From Methanobacteriota archaeon (GTDB lineage Archaea; Thermoplasmatota; Thermoplasmata; RBG-16-68-12), in the NCBI GenBank assembly GCA_005879065.1, contig VBLU01000005.1:1-43248 (forward strand): a DNA stretch of 43,248 nt, written 5' to 3'. A program made the translations under genes and the position numbers. Positions 9,465-18,757 of this stretch are shown in pieces. How positions within the stretch are numbered: position 1 is the stretch's first letter; each line of letters begins with the position of its first letter. The notes beneath the pieces are model-generated. The model made no database searches, had not been told where the DNA came from, and was given only the letters and a program-made list of their open reading frames with translations.

Positions 9465-10451
9465 TCAGTCGCGGATCCCGTCCTCGGAGACGCTGAAGAC
9501 GGCCTCGGCCTCCGGCAGGCTCGGCGAGTCAATCAGGCGCGCGATCCGCTTCCCGCCTTTCGATTTGCGCAGATAGACGCGGAAGGTCGCGCTGTGCCCG
9601 ACAATGTGCCCGCCGACCGGGCGCGTCGGGTCCCCGAAGAACGCGTCCGGCTTCGCGTGGACCTGATTCGTCACGTACACGACGGCGTTATGGATGTCCC
9701 CGAAACGCATGAGCTCGTGAATGTGCTTATTCAGCAGCTGCTGCCGTTCCGCAAGGACCCCGCGACCGATGAATTCGGCCCGAAAGTGGGCGGTCAGGGA
9801 GTCGATCACGATCAGCCGAATCGGGAAGTCCTGGGTCAGCTCTTGCGCCTTCTCGACGAGCAGCATCTGGTGGTGGCTGTTGAACGCCCGGGCGACGTGG
9901 ATGCGTTTCAGGATGGCGTCCGCATCGAGATCCAGCGCGTCCGCCATGTGACGAATCCGCTCGGGTCGGAAGGTCTGTTCTGTGTCGATCCAGACCGTGT
10001 CCCCGTTCATCCCGCCGTCGTCCTCCGGGCGGGTCACGTTCACCGCAAGCTGATGCCCGATTTGGGACTTCCCCGATCCAAATTCGCCGTACATTTCGGT
10101 GATCGCTTGAGTTTCCAGGCCGCCCCCGAGGAGTTCGTCCAGAGCTTTCGAACAGGTCGTGAGCTTCGCGACGGACTTCCGACGTTCCAAGATCACGTCG
10201 CCGGTCTCGAAGCCCCCGATGTCGACGGCTTCGCGGGCCGCAATGATGATCTTCTGGGCCACGTTCGTGCCGATCTCGGCGGCGTCCGCAACCATCGTGG
10301 GGGAGGCGACGGCCAGCCCCATGAGGTCCGTGAACCCGGCCTCTTTCAGCTTCTCCGCAGTCGCGGGTCCGACGCCGGACAGCTCTTCAATCGACTTGAT
10401 GGCCTTGACTGCTACTGCCACCTTGTCACCTTTCTTCTCATCCCTGGCCAT
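9465..10451 (-). CDS. radA: DNA repair and recombination protein RadA
   Basis: N-terminal Hh[10 protein letters not shown] Walker [19 protein letters not shown] and GGHIVGH. Confidence 0.98.
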   Translation of the reverse strand: MARDEKKGDKVAVAVKAIKSIEELSGVGPATAEKLKEAGFTDLMGLAVASPTMVADAAEIGTNVAQKIIIAAREAVDIGGFETGDVILERRKSVAKLTTCSKALDELLGGGLETQAITEMYGEFGSGKSQIGHQLAVNVTRPEDDGGMNGDTVWIDTEQTFRPERIRHMADALDLDADAILKRIHVARAFNSHHQMLLVEKAQELTQDFPIRLIVIDSLTAHFRAEFIGRGVLAERQQLLNKHIHELMRFGDIHNAVVYVTNQVHAKPDAFFGDPTRPVGGHIVGHSATFRVYLRKSKGGKRIARLIDSPSLPEAEAVFSVSEDGIRD

Positions 10452-10478
10452 AGTTAAGGCGGTAACACAGGGGGGTGG

Positions 10479-10530
10479 GTGAAACTATCGCTTTTCACGC
10501 GCACGCGATGGAGAAATATCGCTCGATTTC
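10479..10530 (-). promoter_or_regulatory. Candidate operator upstream of radA
   Basis: Inverted repeat GTGAAA-N8-TTTCAC at 10479-10498, with a near-repeat GAAA(C)TATCGCT at 10481 and 10513. Confidence 0.4.
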
Positions 10531-10536
10531 GGGCCG

Positions 10537-11697
10537 TTAGTGGAGCCGAGTCGTCACGTCGGGAGCCTCGAGAAAACGCCCCAGGTCGTTGGCTTCCTCC
10601 TTCGCCTTCGCTCGCGTTTCCTTGCTGAACGGAGTGAACATCTTGACATCCACGCCGAGCTTCCCCCGGCCGCGCTGATACGACCACGTCCCGGTGACAC
10701 GACCGTCCAGCAAGACGACCGGAGCAAGCCAGCCCTGATCCTTGTACACCTGCTTGTAGCGGGATCGGTCCACAAGGTGGTCTCTACGACGATGGCCTTG
10801 CAAGAACGGGTCGAAGCTCGGAAGGAGCCGCACGGCCCCGCGATCGGTCGCTGCCTTTTCCAGGTCCCGGAGGTCCTTCTTCAAGAGGTATGCGTGCCGG
10901 TCTCCCTGATCCACCTCGACAAGCTCCTCGCGGAGCCGGTCCAAGATGACCCGAAGTCGTCGAACGTACACGCCGGACCAAGCCCAGAGATCGGCGACAT
11001 CGGCCGGGCCGAAGGCGCTCAGGTGATGCCGGACCAACGCGTCCTCGGCCTTGTCTTCCGTCGGCATCGACGGCGGCTCGCGAAGCCAATCATCCACGCG
11101 CGTGAACGTGATCTGTTGTCCCTGGCTCGGACCGAAGCACACGAGGCCCCGAATCACGGCCGGCCGGACAAGCTGCCACGCGGTGTTGGACCCCTCCGTC
11201 TTGTGTCCCCACCCTCCGTCCATCCAGTCTTTCGTCTTCGTCCCAAGCCTCTTCGCCAAATAGCCCACGAGCTGGGCCCGGGTCAGCGGGCCGCCCTTGA
11301 GGGCGTCGAGGATCATCGCCGTGGTCTCGTCCTCCTTCAAACCCGATCGCTGGATCCACTTCTGCTCGCGCGGCAGCCTCGTCGGCATGAGACCGCGGAG
11401 GTACAGGAGGAGTTCGTTCGAGGCTAGCAAGTGCAGCGCCCCCCGCATGGACCACGTTTTGACGATCGTCCGCTTCTGTTCAAGGGCCCGCTCGACGTCG
11501 TCGACGGTCAGATCCCGGAGGCGAGACCACAGGGCGATCCGCGCCATGGCGGTGACCTGGGCCTGGACCCCGCACACGTCGCGGACGACGTTCGGGAGGT
11601 GGCTGCTCGGGACTCGGACGTCGAGGTGGTGCCGGTGCAAACGGAACGCGGCAATCTGGGCTTCGGTGAAGGATGCCCTATCCGTTCGGTCGGTCAC
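10537..11697 (-). CDS. AlkZ/YcaQ-like (HTH_42) winged-helix DNA glycosylase
   Basis: GVQAQ (QxQ catalytic motif), WSMRGALHL, HLSAFGPA and LLPSFDPFL, followed by VLLDGRVTGTW. Confidence 0.88.
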   Translation of the reverse strand: MTDRTDRASFTEAQIAAFRLHRHHLDVRVPSSHLPNVVRDVCGVQAQVTAMARIALWSRLRDLTVDDVERALEQKRTIVKTWSMRGALHLLASNELLLYLRGLMPTRLPREQKWIQRSGLKEDETTAMILDALKGGPLTRAQLVGYLAKRLGTKTKDWMDGGWGHKTEGSNTAWQLVRPAVIRGLVCFGPSQGQQITFTRVDDWLREPPSMPTEDKAEDALVRHHLSAFGPADVADLWAWSGVYVRRLRVILDRLREELVEVDQGDRHAYLLKKDLRDLEKAATDRGAVRLLPSFDPFLQGHRRRDHLVDRSRYKQVYKDQGWLAPVVLLDGRVTGTWSYQRGRGKLGVDVKMFTPFSKETRAKAKEEANDLGRFLEAPDVTTRLH

Positions 11698-11826
11698 GTT
11701 CCTCGAACGCGAGAATTGTGCTCACGGTCCTAAGGGTTTGGGATTCGCCGCGTCCGATGCCCGAGAGACGAACGCGCTCGCAACTTGTTCCGACCGGGTA
11801 CGAAACCCCTTTTCCCTCGGGCTGCG

Positions 11827-12600
11827 ATGCTCCGCACGGTGCCGGGCCGCCTCTCGTTCGACCGCGTTGCGACGATTTACGACGAGACGAGGAGCCTCGC
11901 GCCGCGGGCGATGGCCCGGTTGCTCGCGGTCCTCGTGGACGAGCTCCACCGCAAGCGGGTCCTCGAGATTGGCGTCGGGACGGGCCGGTACGCCGTTCCG
12001 CTCCAGAAGAGCGGGATCCGCGTGGTCGGGGTCGACATCTCGCGACTCATGGTCGAATTTGGCCTCGCGAAAGGCCTTCGAGACGTCGTCTTCGCGGAAG
12101 GCGCGCACCTTCCATTCGGCCCACGCTCCTTCGACGTCGCCACGACGAACCACGTGCTTCACCTGGTCCCAAACTGGCGCGAGGTGTTCGCGGAAATCGC
12201 GCGCGTCACGCGGGAGACGTACTTCACCGTGATCGAGCGATCGCAGCGGGTCGATTCGATCCAGCGCGACTACGACGACCTCCTGCGCGAAGCAGGCTAC
12301 GAGTATCATCATCCGGGGATCCACGAACGCGATCTTCCCAGCCTCGTGAAACCGGATATGGTGATTCCGGTGGGTCCGTTCCATGAGACGGTGCCCGCCG
12401 ACACCATCCTGAAGGAGTTTGCGGGTCGTGCGTACTCGGGTCAGTGGGACGTCCCGGAGCCGATTCATCGGGAAGCGATGACGCGCCTCCGGCAGCAATG
12501 GGGAGGCAAGGACTATTCCCGATCCTACGCCCTCGAGGTGACGTTCTGGCGAATCGACCGGATCCCGGAACTCGCGAAGGCGACCGTTCAGAGGTCGTGA
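11827..12600 (+). CDS. Class I SAM-dependent methyltransferase
   Basis: SFDRVATIYDETR, VLEIGVGTG, GVDIS and LPFGPRSFD motifs; start at ATG 11827 is approximate. Confidence 0.88.
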   Translation: MLRTVPGRLSFDRVATIYDETRSLAPRAMARLLAVLVDELHRKRVLEIGVGTGRYAVPLQKSGIRVVGVDISRLMVEFGLAKGLRDVVFAEGAHLPFGPRSFDVATTNHVLHLVPNWREVFAEIARVTRETYFTVIERSQRVDSIQRDYDDLLREAGYEYHHPGIHERDLPSLVKPDMVIPVGPFHETVPADTILKEFAGRAYSGQWDVPEPIHREAMTRLRQQWGGKDYSRSYALEVTFWRIDRIPELAKATVQRS

Positions 12601-13367
12601 GGCGCCCCGGCGAAGGCAATCAGCGCCTCCTTCTCGAGGAAATGCAGGCGCCCCGGGATCACGATGCAGTGCAACGGCGGTCCCAAGTCTCGATCCGAAA
12701 GCATGCCCATGGGCCCGCCGGTGGCGCGGACCTCCGGCGAGCCGACCCGGCTCAGGACGCAGGCCAGCGTCTCCGGGCCGAAGTCGGACGTGCCCATCTT
12801 CACCGCCATCCGCAGGAGGAGCGCGAGCGCGTCCTGAGGGGTCAGGAACGAACCACCCTCCCGCAGATCCAGCAACACGAGCGAGTGGAGGCCGGCCCGA
12901 CGGTTCTCGAGGATCGCCTCAAGCGGACTCGTCGGGCCGAATCCTGCGGCCGGAAAAGGAACCGTCGTGGTCCTTCCGAACTTGTACACCTGGAGCCCGA
13001 GGGCACCCGCAGCCGCGGTGAGGATCGAAACTCCGTGAACGATTCGGGTCGGAATCTTCGCTGCAGCGGCCCGCAGACGGAGATCCACATGGGTCGTCGC
13101 GGCCATCGGATCACCGACGACGAGGAACGCGACCTTCTGTTTCGCAGCCGCCTCCAGAATCGTCCGACCGTCCTCCACGTCGTTCCTCGAGAGCACTCGA
13201 ATTTTCTTCCCGACGAGCTGCTCTACGGAAGCGACCGTGGCGCCCGCCAAGCCCGACGTGTAGAGCTCCGCGAAGACGACGTCGGCCGAGCGCGCTTCAT
13301 CGAGGCCGCGCAGCGTGATGCCTTTCTCGTCGTGGAGGCCCAGGCCGATGAACACCAGTTCACCCAT
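12588..13367 (-). CDS. dph5: Diphthine synthase
   Basis: LVFIGLGL, ELYTS, GDPMAATTH, GLQVYKFGRTTT, HSLVLLD and PLHCIVIPG motifs. Confidence 0.97.
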   Translation of the reverse strand: MGELVFIGLGLHDEKGITLRGLDEARSADVVFAELYTSGLAGATVASVEQLVGKKIRVLSRNDVEDGRTILEAAAKQKVAFLVVGDPMAATTHVDLRLRAAAAKIPTRIVHGVSILTAAAGALGLQVYKFGRTTTVPFPAAGFGPTSPLEAILENRRAGLHSLVLLDLREGGSFLTPQDALALLLRMAVKMGTSDFGPETLACVLSRVGSPEVRATGGPMGMLSDRDLGPPLHCIVIPGRLHFLEKEALIAFAGAPHDL

Positions 13368-13461
13368 GGCGGCGGTGGGAGCCGCATGAGAGGCTTAGAC
13401 CCTTCCCTCGGACTCCACGAGCCTCGAAAACCCTTTAGCACCCGCGCTTATCGCAGCTCCC

Positions 13462-14472
13462 ATGCGAGCTTGGGCGGTCGTCGTTCCGCGCGAACGCGCG
13501 GAGGAAGTTCGGCGGACCCTCCTCGAACGCGGCGTGCTGCTGAAACAAGTTCGGATCGCCCACGAGGACGACTCGATTCTCCTCCCGACCCGAGAACACG
13601 TGGACCTCGGCTTTCCCACGAAGGAAGGAGAGTTCGAGGAAGGATTCGTGGCCGTCCGGAGTTACAAGGATGTCATTGAGGTCCCGGCCTCGGCCCGCCG
13701 GCTGTTGCCGAGCTCCTTTGACGTCGTCGGCGACATCGCGATAATCAAGATTCCGGAGGAATTGCGGGCGCGCCGGATGGCCATCGGCGACGCCATCCGG
13801 AGGTGGAATCCGAAAATCGGTGTGGTCCTCGAGGATCGCGGTGTGAAGGGGGAGCACCGGATCCGGGAGATCGACGTCATCGCGGGAGAGCCGCGGACCA
13901 CCACCGTTCACACGGAGCACGGCCTGCACTATCGCGTGGACCTGTCGCGCGCCTATTTCAGTCCCCGACTCGCGTCGGAGCGAAAACGGATCGCGGATCT
14001 GATCGAAGCCGGCGAAACGGTCGCGGACCCCTTCGCGGGGGTCGGGCCGTACTCGATCCTCATCGCGAAGCGGCGCCGACCGAGCGAGGTTCACGCTTCG
14101 GATGCGAATCCAAGGGCGGTACGATTTCTTCGAGAGAACGTCGCAGCGAATCGGGCGGACCGTGTCACGGTACGTCAAGGGGACGCGCACGCCATCCTCA
14201 GGCAGGTCGCCCCCGTGGACCGGGTCATCTTGGATCTTCCTCATTCCGCGATGGACTACCTCGGAGCCGCGTTCCGGGCCCTCGGGGCTCGCGGCACCGT
14301 CCACGTCTACGGCATCCTCGAGGCAGCCGAGGAAGGCGAGGCCCGCGATCGGATCCAATCCGCCGCTCGAACCGCGGGGTTCCGGATGAAAGGCCTCTCG
14401 CAGCACCATGTGCGTGCCTACTCGCCGACGAAATATCAGACGGCGTTCGATGTTACCGTCGTTCGAGGGTGA
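13462..14472 (+). CDS. trm5: Trm5/TYW2 (Met-10+) family tRNA methyltransferase
   Basis: SFDVVGDIAI, YFSPRLASER, DPFAGVGPY and DRVILDLP motifs; the Trm5a/b/c subtype cannot be resolved by eye. Confidence 0.85.
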   Translation: MRAWAVVVPRERAEEVRRTLLERGVLLKQVRIAHEDDSILLPTREHVDLGFPTKEGEFEEGFVAVRSYKDVIEVPASARRLLPSSFDVVGDIAIIKIPEELRARRMAIGDAIRRWNPKIGVVLEDRGVKGEHRIREIDVIAGEPRTTTVHTEHGLHYRVDLSRAYFSPRLASERKRIADLIEAGETVADPFAGVGPYSILIAKRRRPSEVHASDANPRAVRFLRENVAANRADRVTVRQGDAHAILRQVAPVDRVILDLPHSAMDYLGAAFRALGARGTVHVYGILEAAEEGEARDRIQSAARTAGFRMKGLSQHHVRAYSPTKYQTAFDVTVVRG

Positions 14473-14929
14473 CGCCCCTCTGGCCCTGATAGGTCCCGGA
14501 TCGCCGCGCATATGTCTCCGACGCGGGCGAATCCAGCGTCAGGAAGACGACTTGGGCGAAGCGTTCGCCGATCGGCAGATCGAGGGCGTCAGAAGAGGCG
14601 TTGAACGCGCCGAACGTGAGGGTCCCGGAGAAGCCGGCATCGATCATGCCGAACGAGGCGATGATGCCTCGCCGCGCCCAGGTGGTCCGAAGCCAGATTT
14701 GGCCCGCGACATGACGCCCGAGACGAATCGTCTCGCGGGTGCTCACCGCGAACCGGGTCGCGGGCGGAATCCGATTCTGTGGCGCGCCCTTCTTCGCGGC
14801 CGGGATGACCACCTGATCGATGGAGACGTCGTATCCGTTCGGTGTCAGATTGCTCGGATCGAAGGGATCGATCTCGATTTCGCCCTTTCCGAGATATTGC
14901 AACACGTCGGCATCGGAAAGCAGGCCCAC
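14453..14929 (-). CDS. dcd: dCTP deaminase / trimeric dUTPase family
   Basis: LTPNGYDV, RTTWARRG, IDAGFSGTLT, GERFAQ and YQGQRG motifs; GTG start. Confidence 0.9.
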   Translation of the reverse strand: MGLLSDADVLQYLGKGEIEIDPFDPSNLTPNGYDVSIDQVVIPAAKKGAPQNRIPPATRFAVSTRETIRLGRHVAGQIWLRTTWARRGIIASFGMIDAGFSGTLTFGAFNASSDALDLPIGERFAQVVFLTLDSPASETYARRSGTYQGQRGVTLERR

Positions 14930-15055
14930 GTCGCGTGGTAAGGAGTGGCGCGGATTAATTCTTCCTTCGGGAATCAGGAATGAAACGCTGGCCCGAGACT
15001 ATTTGAACGGGGCGCCCCCAAGAAGGGTCGTCAAGAAACGATAGGAGAAAATCCA

Positions 15056-15208
15056 ATGTGCGCCCTGCTACGAGACCGGAAGCCCGTCGAAGAGAGCGGT
15101 GATCATGCCGACCCGAAACCGCGAAGGTTCGGTTGGAACTCGGAACGTTCCCAAGTCGGCCCGCAGGTCGTCGGGTTTCCGATCTGGCGTGCTTGGCTCC
15201 TTCGTTGA
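15056..15208 (+). CDS. Putative 50-aa small protein (not in ORF track)
   Basis: ATG 15056 follows AGGAG (15043-15047) and a TATTTGAA box (~15000). Product MCALLRDRKPVEESGDHADPKPRRFGWNSERSQVGPQVVGFPIWRAWLLR fills an otherwise empty gap. Confidence 0.4.
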   Translation: MCALLRDRKPVEESGDHADPKPRRFGWNSERSQVGPQVVGFPIWRAWLLR

Positions 15209-15300
15209 TGGGACCGCACGCCCCGAATTCCCCCCGTCGAAGCAGGTCCGTTCCGAAGGTTTAAGGGATTTGTCCAGTTAGACCGCGGGAGGCACTCCCG

Positions 15301-16461
15301 ATGGACTTTCGGCTCACAGACGAGCAGAAGCTCATTCAGGAGACGGCCCGCAAGTTCGTCGACGCAGAGCTCGTCCCACACGTGCGGCAGTGGGAGGAGA
15401 AAGGCGAGATCCCGCGGTCCTTCTACGCGAAGATGGCCGACTTAGGCTTCCTCGGGGCTCCCGTCCCGGAGAAGTACGGTGGCGCGGGCATGGACTACGT
15501 CGCCTTCATGCTCCTGGTGGAGGAACTGAGCCGGGGCTCGTCGTCCGTCCGCACTACGGTCTCCGTGCAAACGTCCCTGTCCGAGACCTCCCTCCTGTGG
15601 TTCGCCTCCGAGGAACAGAAAAAGAAATGGCTCGTTCCGCTCGCGAAAGGGACGAAGTTCGGGGCATGGGCTCTCACGGAGCCGCAGGCGGGAAGTGACG
15701 CCGGGAGTCTGCAGACGACCGCGCGCCTCGACGGCAACGAATGGGTCCTCGACGGCCAGAAGCGATTCATCTCGAACGGGAGCATCGCGGATCTCGTCCA
15801 GGTCTACGCCCGGGAGCCGGGGACGAGCCGGCACGAGGGGATTTCCTTATTCATGGTGCCGAAGGACGCACCCGGGTTCAAGGTCACCCACGTCGAGACG
15901 ACGACGAAACTCGGATTGCGGGCGAGTCCGACAGCCGACCTGGCCTTCGAGCACTGCCGGATCCCAAAGGAGAACCTGATCGGGAAACGGGGCGACGGCT
16001 GGGCCCAGGCCATGAAGACGCTGAATAGCGGCCGCATCGGGATTGCCGCCGGGGCCGTCGGCGTCGCCCGCGCGGCGTTGGAGGCCGCCGTGAAGTACGT
16101 GAAGGAACGGAAGGCCTTCGGCCGGCCAATCGGAGACTTCCAGCTTGTCCGCGAGATGATCGCGCAGTCCGCCCTGGAGGTCGACGCGGCACGACTCCTC
16201 ACGCTGCGGGCGGCCCACATGCGGGACCTCGGCCTCGACAACACGCTCGAGGTGTCCATGGCGAAACTGTTCGGCGCGCAGATGGCCCAGCGAGTGACGG
16301 ACTGGGCCGTCCAAGTCCATGGCGGATACGGATTCAGCGGGGACTTCGACGTCGAGCGGTACTACCGCGATGCCCGGATCCTCGGCCTGTACGAGGGAAC
16401 GAACGAGATCCAGAAGCTGATCATCGCGGACCACACCCTCGGACCGACGACGAAGACATGA
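15301..16461 (+). CDS. Acyl-CoA dehydrogenase
   Basis: ALTEPQAGSD, GQKRFISNG, RKAFGRPIG, QVHGGYG and YEGTNEIQ motifs. Confidence 0.96.
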   Translation: MDFRLTDEQKLIQETARKFVDAELVPHVRQWEEKGEIPRSFYAKMADLGFLGAPVPEKYGGAGMDYVAFMLLVEELSRGSSSVRTTVSVQTSLSETSLLWFASEEQKKKWLVPLAKGTKFGAWALTEPQAGSDAGSLQTTARLDGNEWVLDGQKRFISNGSIADLVQVYAREPGTSRHEGISLFMVPKDAPGFKVTHVETTTKLGLRASPTADLAFEHCRIPKENLIGKRGDGWAQAMKTLNSGRIGIAAGAVGVARAALEAAVKYVKERKAFGRPIGDFQLVREMIAQSALEVDAARLLTLRAAHMRDLGLDNTLEVSMAKLFGAQMAQRVTDWAVQVHGGYGFSGDFDVERYYRDARILGLYEGTNEIQKLIIADHTLGPTTKT

Positions 16462-16916
16462 GGGCGCGCTCCTTGCCCGTCTCGGTCCCGGACTGCATCT
16501 TCTGCAGGATCGTCAAGAGAGAGGCACCCGCGAGCATCGTCTACGAGGACGAGACTACGCTCGCATTCTTGGACATCCGCCCGATGATCACGGGCCACAC
16601 CCTTGTGATTCCAAAGTCCCATGCCGCATACCTCGAAGACCTTTCGAAGGACAGCTCTGGACCCATCCTGGAAACCGCCCGGAAGGTCGCCGCGGCGCTC
16701 CGGCGCAGCGGACTGCCGTGCGAGGCGGTGAACCTGTGGCTCGCGAACGGGAAGGCGGCCGGCCAAGAGGTCTTCCACGTGCACTTCCACGTGTTGCCGA
16801 GATTCGGCGGGGACGGATTCGGGATCCGGGCTGGACGCGGCTACGGCAGGACGCCGGAACGAACAGAACTCGATGGCACGGCGGAAAAAATCCGTCGGGC
16901 GCTCGAGGATCAATGA
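16458..16916 (+). CDS. HIT family nucleotide hydrolase
   Basis: CIFCRIV, AFLDIRP, GHTLVIPK and HVHFH triad; ATGA overlap with the upstream gene. Confidence 0.94.
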   Translation: MRARSLPVSVPDCIFCRIVKREAPASIVYEDETTLAFLDIRPMITGHTLVIPKSHAAYLEDLSKDSSGPILETARKVAAALRRSGLPCEAVNLWLANGKAAGQEVFHVHFHVLPRFGGDGFGIRAGRGYGRTPERTELDGTAEKIRRALEDQ

Positions 16917-17407
16917 GCAAAGCGCGTCCGAATCGATTCTAGCTCGGTCTCGGGGAGCCGCTCGCGGGCTGTGGGAAAGAGGCTCGTCCGCTCCTTGCGG
17001 AAGTGGTCCCATAGGAATTGGACGAGGAAGATGCCATGGCGGTTCGTCTCTTGGATCGCGGCCCAGGATGGATGGGCTTCCAAGTCTCGGCGGGCCGCCT
17101 TGAATTTCTCCACGCCGCGGCGAATCTCGTCGTGTTCGTAGGCGACCACGTTCACTAAGGTTCCATACCGGCCGATCGCCGCCTCGAGCGGCGGGAGGAT
17201 CGTCTCGTCCTCCGCCGCAAGGACCGGCAGCAGTTCGTCCTCGAAGAACCGAATCGATTCGTCCAGGATGATTCGATTCGCTTCGCGGGCCTCCCGCGTC
17301 GCGATCATCTCGTCGAGGGTCGCCTCGAGTTCCGTGAGCTTATCGACGAAGTCGGCGTGATCCCCGAGGAGTGTGTAGAAGGGATCGTCGTCGGAACCGT
17401 CGCCCAT
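16910..17407 (-). CDS. Hemerythrin/HHE cation-binding domain protein
   Basis: DH...AE(D)E..LP...EH...DHFRKE..LFP helical pattern. It has its own ATG at 17407 with a TTATTA box ~24 nt upstream, so it is separate from asnS. Confidence 0.8.
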   Translation of the reverse strand: MGDGSDDDPFYTLLGDHADFVDKLTELEATLDEMIATREAREANRIILDESIRFFEDELLPVLAAEDETILPPLEAAIGRYGTLVNVVAYEHDEIRRGVEKFKAARRDLEAHPSWAAIQETNRHGIFLVQFLWDHFRKERTSLFPTARERLPETELESIRTRFAH

Positions 17408-17445
17408 CGATGCGGCTAGCCGATGGGGGCGTAATAAGGGTGCGC

Positions 17446-18637
17446 CTATGGGGAAAAGCGCCCCGGAGTCCGCGGGAACGGCACCGCATCGCGGATGTGC
17501 CCGAGCTTGCAGATCCACTGAATCAACCGTTCCATTCCCATCCCGAAACCCGCGTGCTGCACGCTCCCGTATCGGCGGGAATCGAGGTACCATTCGTAGG
17601 CTCTCGGGTCCTCGCCTTGTTCCACCAGGGCCTTCTTGATCGCCTCCAGGTCCGTCTCTCGTTCGCTCCCGCCGACGATCTCGCCGACCCCGTCGCCCCC
17701 GATCACGTCGAACCCGAGGACGAGATCGGGATGCTTCGGGTCCCTCGCCTTGTAGAACGCCTGGGAGATCCGCGGATAGTGCGTCACGACGATCGGCTTC
17801 GACTTTCCTTCCGTCAGGGCGCGTTCCTCGAGGGTCCGAAGGTCCTTGCCCCACTCGAGATCGATCCCCTTCGCCTTGAGCAATTTCAGCGCTTCGTCGT
17901 AGGTCATCCGCTCGAAGGGAGGCTTCACGGCTTTCAGGAAGTCCGGCGTCCGGCCCATCGCGACGACATCGTCCGGACGTTCCTCCGCGACGCGCTGGCA
18001 CGTGTGGGAGATCACGCCCTCCGCGTGCTGGGCCGAGGTAGTAGATCTTCTCCATGGCGAGGACGAGGGCCTCCGCATAGAGTTGCCACGACTGGGTCAG
18101 GTAAGCCTTGCGGCCGAAATACTCCACCTCGAAGAGGGTGGCGCCGCCCTCGCTCCCCGCGGGCGTGATCATGGGTGGGGAGACCTCCCAGAATCCGTGG
18201 TCGCGGAAGTACTGGTGGACCGCGCCGAAGACCGTGTGACGGATCCGGAAGATCGTCGTCATCCTCTGGGAACGGACCCACAGATGGCGGACGTCGAGGA
18301 GGAATTCTTCGCTCTGATCCTCCTGGATCGGGAACTTCTCCGCGAAGTGGACGACCTGGAAATCCTCCGCCCGGACCTCGTAGCCTCCGGGCGCTCGCTT
18401 GTCCGCGACGACCTTCCCGCGGACGATGACCGCGGATTCGATGAGCGACTTCTCCGCAGCCTTGAAGGCCTCCGGGGAGACCACGTCCCGAGCGATCGCG
18501 ACCTGGATGGTCCCCGTCGCGTCCCGAACGACGACGAAGGCCTTCCCGCCGACCGTGCGCGTCCGGTAGATCCAGCCTCGCAGCTCGACGGCCTTGCCAG
18601 TATGGCGTCCCTTTAGGATTTCCTCGATGGAGACCAT
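17446..18637 (-). pseudogene. asnS: Asparagine--tRNA ligase with internal deletion and frameshift at ~18030 (lesion or assembly error)
   Basis: The N-half (LRGWIY, RHLWVRS, EGGATLF, YLTQSWQLY, KIYYLGP) is in one frame. The C-half (GEIVGGSERE, YEWYLDSRRYGS, GFGMGMERL, PFPR) is in another. Motif 2 (FRAE...RHLxE) is missing at the junction. Confidence 0.9.
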
Positions 18638-18757
18638 GAACCCGGGTCCCATCCCGGTGGGTCTAGATTACTCTTTCGCGGTCTACCGAGGACGACACGG
18701 CGGCTGTAGGGGAGACCCGTGAAACTTCATAGATTGCGAGACTTACCCGGTCGGGGG

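Noticed and set aside
14960-15290. Possible RNase P or SRP RNA in the large intergenic gap
   Set aside because: No GAGGAAAGUCC/ACAGAA RNase P boxes or SRP helix 8 motif were found on either strand.
16910-18652. 580-aa ORF that looks like an AsnRS-hemerythrin fusion
   Set aside because: Produced by the asnS frameshift. The middle is off-frame sequence, the true asnS C-half is in another frame, and the hemerythrin has its own promoter and ATG.
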